The notes beneath the pieces were generated by a model. It saw only the letters and a list, made by a program, of their open reading frames with translations. It did not search any database and was not told the origin of the DNA. The position numbers were made by a program, and so were the translations under genes. From positions 220,968 through 244,967 of the forward strand of contig CAVXDY010000007.1 in the NCBI GenBank assembly GCA_963760715.1: a DNA stretch of 24,000 nt, read 5' to 3'. The number at the start of each line of letters is the position of its first letter. Positions within the stretch are counted from its first letter, which is position 1. Of this stretch, positions 16,869 to 22,995 are shown piece after piece. The stretch is from Miltoncostaeaceae bacterium. GTDB taxonomy: Bacteria; Actinomycetota; Thermoleophilia; Miltoncostaeales; Miltoncostaeaceae.

Positions 16869-17150
16869 TCACTCGATCAGGCTCTGGCGGAGCTCCTCGA
16901 GCTCCTGCTCGTAGTCCTCGCCCATCCCCTCCAGCAGCTTGCGGGTGGCGAGCGCCTCCTCCTCGTTGACCTTCGAGAGGGCGAAGCCGACGTGGATCAG
17001 GACCCAGTCGCCGGGTCGCGCGCCGCCGTCCTCGTCGTCGTCGAGGAGGCCGATGTTCACGTTCCGCACGACCCCCGCCACATCCACCGCGGCGAGCCGA
17101 TTGGGCTCGTCGACGACCTCGACGATCCGGCCGGGGATGGCCAGGCACAT
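16869..17150 (-). CDS. hypC: Hydrogenase maturation chaperone HypC
   Basis: 93 aa with the canonical MCLAIPGRIVEV start and WVLIHVGFAL, plus an acidic C-terminal tail. It is the first gene of the minus-strand operon. Confidence 0.93.
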   Translation of the reverse strand: MCLAIPGRIVEVVDEPNRLAAVDVAGVVRNVNIGLLDDDEDGGARPGDWVLIHVGFALSKVNEEEALATRKLLEGMGEDYEQELEELRQSLIE

Positions 17151-17309
17151 GGGTCAGAACCCGCTCTCTGCCGGGTGCGAGACAGTCCGTCGTCCCTCGT
17201 GAGGAACGTAACCCACCCTCTTCGCCCGATGCAAGACGCCGGGCCCAAGCGCCCAGCCGGCGAGGGACGCTCGTCGCTCCGTCGAGGGCCCCGCCCCCTA
17301 AGATCGCCC
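17151..17309. promoter_or_regulatory. Divergent promoter region between hypC and the GNAT-AAA+ gene
   Basis: This is a 159-bp non-coding gap between divergent starts. A -10-like taagat (17299-17304) ends 5 nt before ATG 17310, which suggests a leaderless plus-strand transcript. I recognised no convincing -35 and no promoter for hypC. Confidence 0.4.
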
Positions 17310-18585
17310 ATGGCCGTGCCCCACATCCGGGACTTCGACGCATCGGACCTGGACGAGGCGGTGGGCGTGTGGAACGCCTCGGCCGAGGGCGGCCACGCGC
17401 CGCTCTTCGTGGTGGCCGAGGTGATCGAGGCCCTCGGGAGCGGGGAGCCCGCCGTCGTCGCCGTGAGCGAGGGCCGGGTGGTGGGGACCTGCGTGGCCCG
17501 GGTCACGGGCGAGCGGGCCTGGGTCGTGCGCATCGCCATCCACCCGGCGGCCCGTCGCGAGGGAATCGGGTCGGCCCTGCTGCACGCGCTGGAGGAGCGG
17601 CTGCTGCGGATGGGCGTGCGGCGCATCGCGGCCCTCCTGCCCGAGGGGGGCGTGGGCCACGAGGCCTTCCTGCGCCAGGGCTACACGCTCACGCCCGGCG
17701 TGGAGTACTTCGAGAAGCGCGAGCCGCTGCGGCCGGCCGACCTCGATGCGCTGAGCACCCTGGGCGGCCGCCTCATCGACGCCGCGGCCTGGGACGAGCT
17801 GGCCGGGATGGAGGACACGAAGGCCCTCATCGAGCGCCGGGTCGTGCTGCCGCTGGCCGAGCCGGACCTGGCGGCGCGGCACGGCGTCTCCCCCCCGAAG
17901 GCGGTGGTGCTGTTCGGCCCTCCCGGCACCGGGAAGACCACCTTCGCCAAGGCCGTCGCCGGCCGGCTCGGCTGGCCCTTCCTCGAGATCTTCCCCAGCC
18001 GCCTGGCCGCCGGGGGGCAGGGCGGGCAGGCGGCGGCGCTGCGCGAGTTCTTCGACCAGGTCCAGAGCATCGAGCACCTCGTGCTGTTCATCGACGAGGT
18101 CGACGAGATCGCCGGCGCCCGGGCCCAGCGTCCCGACACGGAGGGCGTCGTGAACGAGCTCCTGAAGGGCATCCCGCTCTTCCGCTCGCGCGAGGACCGC
18201 CTGCTGGTGTGCGCGACCAACTCGGTGCGCGACCTCGACTCCGCCCTGCTGCGCCCCGGGCGCTTCGACTACGTGCTGCCCATCGGGCCGCCGGACGCGC
18301 CGGCGCGCCACGCGCTCCTGCGGCGGCTGATCCAGGCCGTGACGGCCGTCGAGGTCGACCTGCCCCGGCTGGTGGAGGCCACCGACCTCTTCACGCCGGC
18401 CGACATCGAGTTCGCGGTGCGCAAGGCCGCGCAGGCCGCCTTCGAGCGCGCCCTCGCCGAGGGCGCCGACTCGCCCGGCGACCACCGAGGACTTCGCGGC
18501 CGCGGCGGCGGCGGTGCGCCCCACCCTCACGCGCGCGATGGTGCGCGAGTTCGAGGAGGACATCGAGCTCTACGCCCGGACCTGA
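17310..18585 (+). CDS. GNAT N-acetyltransferase domain fused to a single AAA+ (CDC48/FtsH-type) ATPase domain; apparent frameshift near the 3' end
   Basis: The N-terminal ~150 aa contain GNAT motif A (VRIAIHPAARREGIGSALL). The AAA+ part has WDELAGMEDTK, Walker A GPPGTGKT, Walker B LFIDEVDE, sensor-1 CATN and the Arg finger RPGRFD. After ..AEGADSP (about 18474-18480) the family-typical ending TTEDFAAAAAAVRPTLTRAMVREFEEDIELYART* continues in the +1 frame to TGA 18583-18585. The original frame instead runs on into the cupin gene. Confidence 0.85.
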
Positions 18586-18608
18586 AGCTCACCTACGAGA
18601 GGCGGATC

Positions 18609-19013
18609 ATGGAGATCACCCGAACGCGCCCGGCCACCAAGCCGGGACCGGCCGACTGGTTCACCGGGACGGTGTGGATCGACGACATCGCGGCGCCACC
18701 CGAGCCCTCACGGCTCCACGTGGTGAGCGTGCACTTCGCCCCCGGCGCGCGCACGGCCTGGCACCGTCATCCCCGGGGGCAGGTGCTGCACGTGACCGAG
18801 GGGACGGGCCTCGCCCAGCGCCGGGGCGGCCCGCCGGAGGTCATCCGCGCCGGCGACACGGTTCAGTTCGCGCCGGACGAGGAGCACTGGCACGGGGCCG
18901 GCCCCGAGTGGTTCATGACGCACCTGGCGTTCCACGAGCACGGCGACGACGGCGTGGCCACCCACTGGGGCGACCACGTCACCGACGAGGAGTACCTGAC
19001 CGGGCCCGCGTGA
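18609..19013 (+). CDS. Cupin-domain protein
   Basis: 134 aa: WFTGTVWID...VHFAPGARTAWHRHPRGQVLHVTEGTG...GDTVQFAPDEEHWHGA. This is the classic two-motif cupin His pattern. Confidence 0.85.
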   Translation: MEITRTRPATKPGPADWFTGTVWIDDIAAPPEPSRLHVVSVHFAPGARTAWHRHPRGQVLHVTEGTGLAQRRGGPPEVIRAGDTVQFAPDEEHWHGAGPEWFMTHLAFHEHGDDGVATHWGDHVTDEEYLTGPA

Positions 19014-19039
19014 GGGTGGCCGTCCGGCCCCGGCCCGTC

Positions 19040-19081
19040 CAACTGAGTCAGTTGCGACTTACGTTAGTGAACGCTTATACT
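19040..19081 (+). promoter_or_regulatory. Predicted arsR-operon promoter with an overlapping palindromic operator
   Basis: The -35 is ttgcga (19052-19057), followed by an 18-nt spacer and the -10 tatact (19076-19081). A 7-1-7 palindrome, caactga-g-tcagttg (19040-19054), overlaps the -35. ATG 19089 lies 7 nt after the -10. This is visibly the most A+T-rich stretch in the window. Confidence 0.55.
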
Positions 19082-19088
19082 CGGCCGC

Positions 19089-19400
19089 ATGGAAGCCGCC
19101 CTCCGCGCGATCGCCGAGCCCCGCCGGCGCACGATCCTCCGGCTCGTGGGCTCCGAGGAGATGAGCGCGGGGGAGATCGCCTCGCACTTCGACATCACCC
19201 GTCCGGCGGTGTCCCAGCACCTCACCGTGCTGAAGGGCGCCGGGTTGCTCAGCGAGCGCCGCGAGGGCACGCGGCGGCTGTACCGCGTCCGGCCCGAGGG
19301 CCTCGCCGAGCTGCGTACCTTTCTCGATGAGTTCTGGGCCGGCGGGCTGGATCGCCTGAAGGTCGCCGCCGAGCAGGCCGAGAGAGAAAGAGGCGAATGA
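19089..19400 (+). CDS. ArsR/SmtB-family transcriptional regulator
   Basis: 103 aa with LRAIAEPRRRTILRLV....MSAGEIASHFDITRPAVSQHLTVLKGAGLL..RREGTRRLYRV, a winged HTH. Confidence 0.92.
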   Translation: MEAALRAIAEPRRRTILRLVGSEEMSAGEIASHFDITRPAVSQHLTVLKGAGLLSERREGTRRLYRVRPEGLAELRTFLDEFWAGGLDRLKVAAEQAERERGE

Positions 19401-19861
19401 TTTCCACCGACATGAGCGCCATCACGCGCGAGGTGCGGATCCGTGCGCGCCCCGACACCATCTTCCCGTTCTTCACCGACCCCGAGCTGCTGGTGCGATG
19501 GATGGGCACGTCGGCCGAGCTCGACCCCCGGCCCGGCGGCATCTACCGGGTCGACGTCGACGGCGCGCACGTGGCGCTCGGCGAGTTCGTGGAGATCTCG
19601 TCGCCGGAGCGGCTGGTCTTCACGTGGGGCTGGGAGTCCGGCGACATCGTCGTGCCGCCCGGCGGCTCGACCGTCGAGGTGACCCTCGTGCCCGACGGCG
19701 ACCACACGATCGTGCGGCTGGTCCACAGCAACCTGCCGAGCGACTCGGCCAACGGCCACGCCGGCGGATGGGACCACTACCTCCCGCGGCTCGAGATCCT
19801 CGCCGCCGGAGGAGACCCCGGCCCCGACCCGTGGGTTCAGGCCCCGGCCGAGGCCGACTGA
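19397..19861 (+). CDS. SRPBCC-superfamily (Aha1/START-like) protein
   Basis: 154 aa with IFPFFTDPELLVRWMG...LDPRPGGIYRV...GEFVEISSPERLVFTWGWE, typical of the ArsR-linked AHSA1-like family. It overlaps arsR by ATGA. Confidence 0.88.
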   Translation: MISTDMSAITREVRIRARPDTIFPFFTDPELLVRWMGTSAELDPRPGGIYRVDVDGAHVALGEFVEISSPERLVFTWGWESGDIVVPPGGSTVEVTLVPDGDHTIVRLVHSNLPSDSANGHAGGWDHYLPRLEILAAGGDPGPDPWVQAPAEAD

Positions 19862-19888
19862 TCCGACCCACCAACGAAAGGCACCGAG

Positions 19889-20203
19889 ATGGCGACCTAC
19901 GTACTGGCATACAAGGGCGGGCGCATGCCCGAGACCGACGCCGAGCGCGACGCGCAGATGGCGGCGTGGGGGGGCTGGTTCCAGAACCTGGGCGCGGCGG
20001 TCGTGGACGCCGGCAACCCGTTCGGACCCTCGAAGGGCGTGGCCGGCGACGGGACGATCAGCGACGGCGCGCCCTCGGCGCTGACCGGTTACACGATCCT
20101 CACGTCCGACAGCATCGACGCGGCGGCCAAGCTGGCGACCGGCTGCCCGATCCTGTCCAACGGCGGCAGCCTGGAGGTCTACGAGACCTTCGAGGTGATG
20201 TAG
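19889..20203 (+). CDS. YciI-like (YCII-related) small protein
   Basis: 104 aa: MATYVLAYKGGRMPETDAERDAQMAAWGGWFQNLG...GYTILTSDSIDAAAKLATGCPILSNGGSLEVYE. The RBS is gaaagg. Confidence 0.7.
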   Translation: MATYVLAYKGGRMPETDAERDAQMAAWGGWFQNLGAAVVDAGNPFGPSKGVAGDGTISDGAPSALTGYTILTSDSIDAAAKLATGCPILSNGGSLEVYETFEVM

Positions 20204-20241
20204 GCGCCGGCCGTCGCGGTCCCGCGGAGGGCGCCCGAGGC

Positions 20242-20258
20242 CGGCCGCGAGGCGGCCG
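20242..20258. terminator. Short GC hairpin between convergent genes; possible bidirectional terminator
   Basis: cggccgc-gag-gcggccg forms a 7-bp stem with a 3-nt loop, midway between the stops at 20203 (+) and 20268 (-). There is no U-tract, so the evidence is weak. Confidence 0.25.
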
Positions 20259-20267
20259 AGGGCGCCC

Positions 20268-20981
20268 CTATCCGCCGACGATGTTGACCGCCCGCGCGGC
20301 CACGAGGAGCACGGTGAACGCGGAGATCGCGGACTCGACCAGCATCATCCGCTTCGCCAGGCGGCTGAGGGGCATCGCGTCGGTCGGGCTGAACGCGACC
20401 GCGTTCGTGAACGAGACGTACATGTAGTCGAAGAGGTGCGGGTACCAGCCCGGCGCGGCCAGTTGCGGGTTCTCCATCTGAGGGAACTGGAAGTCGGGCG
20501 CCGGCGGATCCGGCTCGAACCGCCGCACGGGGCCCCCGCGATCGAAGGCCCAGTACCAGAGCCCGAACGAGATGACGTTCGTGGCCCAGATCGCGCCCGC
20601 CTCCATCAACAGCTCGCCGGCGCTGGTCTGCTCGCCCCGGATGAGCGACCCGATCAGCGCGATCAGCAGGAGGCCGTTCGAGAGGCTGATGATGCCCAGC
20701 AACGCGAGCGCGGCCGTGCGCCGGTGGCCGATCTGCTCCAGCCGCCTCCGTGACCGGTTCCACGCGAGCGCGACGAGCAGGCCGGTCTCCGGGAGGATCG
20801 GGATCAGCCACACCCACCAGGGCAGGCCCCAGAGCTTCCACTCGCGCCGCTGGCTGGTGATCGCGAGCGCCGCCTGGAGGACGATGACCGCGACGACGGC
20901 CGGCGCCGCCTCCCAGCGCGACTCCCTCCGCTCCTCCCGCTCCTCCTCGTCGAGCAGGTCTCCGGCCACGGGCGGGGACAC
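20268..20981 (-). CDS. DUF1345-type integral membrane protein
   Basis: About 237 aa from GTG 20981, which overlaps the upstream TAG by 1 nt. It has an acidic N-terminus followed by several hydrophobic helices (AAPAVVAVIVLQAALAI, WWVWLIPILPETGLLVALAW, ALALLGIISLSNGLLLIALIGSLI, AIWATNVISFGLWYWAF, VESAISAFTVLLVAARAV). The conserved FDYMYVSFTNAVAFSPTD segment is typical of DUF1345. The exact start is uncertain. Confidence 0.7.
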   Translation of the reverse strand: MSPPVAGDLLDEEEREERRESRWEAAPAVVAVIVLQAALAITSQRREWKLWGLPWWVWLIPILPETGLLVALAWNRSRRRLEQIGHRRTAALALLGIISLSNGLLLIALIGSLIRGEQTSAGELLMEAGAIWATNVISFGLWYWAFDRGGPVRRFEPDPPAPDFQFPQMENPQLAAPGWYPHLFDYMYVSFTNAVAFSPTDAMPLSRLAKRMMLVESAISAFTVLLVAARAVNIVGG

Positions 20982-21670
20982 TAGGTCACGGGCGCGAGCC
21001 AGGCGGCCCGCCAGGTGTCCTCCCCGACCACGCCGTCCACGCGCAGGCCCTTCTCCTGCTGGAAGGTACGGCAGATCTCCTCGGCCTTCTTGTCGTAGAT
21101 GGCGTTGACGCGGACCTTCCAGCCGCGCGCCCTCATCTGCTGCTGCCACTGGCGCACGTCGGGCCCCCGCATCGGTGGCGGCCGCATCAGGAAGCGGCCG
21201 GGCCAGGGCGGCGCCGCGGCCAGGGTGCCACCCCCCTCGTGGATGACCGGTCCGACGGGGGGGACGCCGTAGACCAGCCCGGGGATCAGGCCGGAGGCGG
21301 TCCAGTCGCGCCCCTGCACGGCGTCCCACGAGCCGACCCCGTACGCCGAGCCGCGCGCCTCGATCGTGGTGCCGTTTCCGAGCGAGACGGCCACGTGGGC
21401 CGCGGGCGGCCGGTGGCGGAACAGCAGGGCGCCCTGCGTCTTCACGCCGCGGGGGATCGGGATGAGGAGGCCCGCGTTCCGGCACGCCGCCTCCTGGAAC
21501 TGCGATCCGTCGGGGAAGGGGACCCCCACCCTCGCGCACGCCCACTGCACCAGCTCGCTGCAGTCGAAGACGTCGGGGTCGGGGTCGTCGAGCCGGACCT
21601 CGGCCCCGTACACGTAGCGGTCCCCCCGCTGGGCGAGGCACATGCGAACGAAGTCAGCCGCCTGGGCCAT
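20981..21670 (-). CDS. NlpC/P60 (C40) cell-wall peptidase with a C-terminal peptidoglycan-binding domain; no signal peptide
   Basis: 229 aa from ATG 21670. The catalytic Cys context is YVYGAE...FDCSELVQWA and the His context is HVAVSLGNGTTIEARG. The C-terminal PG_binding_1-like repeat is GPDVRQWQQQMRARGW...GLRVDGVVGEDTWRAAW. The ORF-track start at 21799 adds 43 non-homologous residues. Confidence 0.85.
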   Translation of the reverse strand: MAQAADFVRMCLAQRGDRYVYGAEVRLDDPDPDVFDCSELVQWACARVGVPFPDGSQFQEAACRNAGLLIPIPRGVKTQGALLFRHRPPAAHVAVSLGNGTTIEARGSAYGVGSWDAVQGRDWTASGLIPGLVYGVPPVGPVIHEGGGTLAAAPPWPGRFLMRPPPMRGPDVRQWQQQMRARGWKVRVNAIYDKKAEEICRTFQQEKGLRVDGVVGEDTWRAAWLAPVT

Positions 21671-21768
21671 GCCGGCCCCCCTGTCTGTCGGGTCGGTCCG
21701 TTCGACGGTGTGAGCGATACCTGCGGAAGGCCAGTTGAACGCACTCGCGCGGGGCGGCGCAACCCCGC

Positions 21769-22746
21769 TCAGCGCACCCGGATCTGGAACTCGACCCACA
21801 GCGGGTAGTGGTCCGAGATGCGCCAGCTCTGCTCGACCTTGGTCATCCCGGGCAGCGCCACCGGCACGAAGTCGAACCGCCCGGCGTGTCCCGTGTAGTC
21901 GAGCTCGAGCTTCGAGTCCTCACCCTCGAAGAACCACGCGATCTGGTCGAAGTGCTTCGCCTTGTCCGGCTGGGCGGGGTCGTCGAAGATCGTGCGCGTG
22001 AGCCCGTCCAGCTCGGCCGGCGGCCGCAGGCCGGTGGACGTGAAGGCCTGCCAGTTGGGGTCGTCCTTGCGGTCGATGTTGAAGTCGCCCAGGACGATCA
22101 GGTTCTGCCGGTACTCGTGCACCCGGTCGGCCCACGCGGCCATCCACCGCGCCAGCCACCTCAGCTCGTGCACCCGGTCGCCCGAGGAGGAGCCGTAGAG
22201 CACGTGGAGGGTCACCAGGATGAAGGTCTGGCCCCCCGACCGGAAGCTCACCGCGTAGGGGGTGCGCGCGAACTGGCGCGCGAAGACGTCGTCGCCCACG
22301 TGCTCGGCCCACTCGTCCGGAAGCACCAGCTCGCAGGCGAGGCCCGACGGCTTCACCCGCCGGGTGTCGAAGATGAAGGCCAGCCGCTCGTTGTTGCCGG
22401 CGCTCCCCTTCGTGACGTCGGTGAGGATCATCGCCCACGCGTCGCCGAGCACGCGCAGCACGTAGCGCAGGCACGTGATGTCCTCCTGCGCCTCCTGCAC
22501 GGCGACCACGTCGAAGCGGGAGATGATCTCGGCGATGTCGCGCAGGGACCCGAGGTCGCGCTTGGGCTCGTCGCCGTCCTCGGAGCGCCACTTCTCGGTG
22601 ACGGCGCCGAAGTGGCGCAGGTTCCAGGTGGCGATCAGGAGGTTCCGGTTGACCCGCTTCGCGGGAACCGTGGCATCGAGCGCGTCGCCGAGGGCGACCA
22701 GCTCCGCGGCGACGTCCGGCGGCGGGGGATCGGTGATGGCGGGCAA
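21769..22746 (-). CDS. Endonuclease/exonuclease/phosphatase (EEP) family protein, DNase I-like; no signal peptide
   Basis: 325 aa. It aligns by eye to the DNase I landmarks: IATWNLRHFG, RFDVVAVQEA, NERLAFIFD, TPYAVSF...ILVTLH, LGDFN, FDQIAW and the terminal SDHYPLWVEF. Confidence 0.88.
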   Translation of the reverse strand: MPAITDPPPPDVAAELVALGDALDATVPAKRVNRNLLIATWNLRHFGAVTEKWRSEDGDEPKRDLGSLRDIAEIISRFDVVAVQEAQEDITCLRYVLRVLGDAWAMILTDVTKGSAGNNERLAFIFDTRRVKPSGLACELVLPDEWAEHVGDDVFARQFARTPYAVSFRSGGQTFILVTLHVLYGSSSGDRVHELRWLARWMAAWADRVHEYRQNLIVLGDFNIDRKDDPNWQAFTSTGLRPPAELDGLTRTIFDDPAQPDKAKHFDQIAWFFEGEDSKLELDYTGHAGRFDFVPVALPGMTKVEQSWRISDHYPLWVEFQIRVR

Positions 22747-22908
22747 CGGCTTCCCCCTCCCAGGCGCGGGTCATCCGCCGACCCCGTACATGATCCCAGC
22801 GCCCCTACTCGGTCAGCCGTCGCCGCCTGTCAACTGGCGATCCTGCCGCGACCCGCATGGCGAAGGCAAGGCCCGGGCGGACCTCGCCCGCGGGGATCGG
22901 CGCCGGGG

Positions 22909-22949
22909 GCACCGCCCTCCGGGGGGTGTCAGTCCCCGGAGGGCGGTGC
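22909..22949 (-). terminator. Perfect 16-bp GC-rich hairpin downstream of the ADC-family gene
   Basis: gcaccgccctccgggg (22909-22924) pairs perfectly with ccccggagggcggtgc (22934-22949), leaving a 9-nt loop. It lies 47 nt past the stop at 22996 and about 160 nt upstream of the EEP start. No U-tract follows. Confidence 0.55.
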
Positions 22950-22995
22950 GGGCGGCACGGCGTCGTGAGCGCTCGCCTCCGTGCCGCCCTGGCCC

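Noticed and set aside
13143-16914. Large plus-strand ORFs (13143-14798, 14444-15529, 14962-16914) and the alternate-frame minus ORF 14318-16114
   Set aside because: All overlap hhyS/hypE/hypD, whose frames are fixed by diagnostic motifs (PRIC, GPGCPVC, the Fe-S Cys patterns). Their translations are low-complexity.
17191-17269. 9-bp inverted repeat cgtccctcg / cgagggacg about 60 bp apart in the hypC / GNAT-AAA+ intergenic region, as a possible regulator site
   Set aside because: It is short and G+C-rich and the spacing is too wide for a typical dimer operator. It could easily arise by chance in this composition. I kept only the general call of a divergent promoter region.
18465-18490. Programmed ribosomal frameshift in the GNAT-AAA+ gene
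   Set aside because: There is no slippery X-XXY-YYZ heptamer or obvious downstream stimulatory structure at the shift site. An indel or sequencing error is more parsimonious.
16653-19013. 786-aa plus-strand ORF read as one protein
   Set aside because: The first ~219 codons are antisense to hypC and the hypC-like gene. The real gene starts at ATG 17310. The read-through from the AAA+ gene into the cupin is an artefact of the frameshift near 18475, and the cupin has its own ATG 18609 and RBS.
20226-20267. Direct repeat of gagggcgccc flanking the small hairpin between the convergent genes
   Set aside because: This is a 10-nt G+C-only repeat occurring twice. It is too short to distinguish from chance and shows no array structure.
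21749-21768. 6-bp stem hairpin (gcgggg-n8-ccccgc) immediately after the EEP stop, as a terminator separating it from the NlpC/P60 gene
   Set aside because: The stem is short with no U-tract, so it is not strong enough to call. Whether the EEP gene and the hydrolase pair are co-transcribed is left open.
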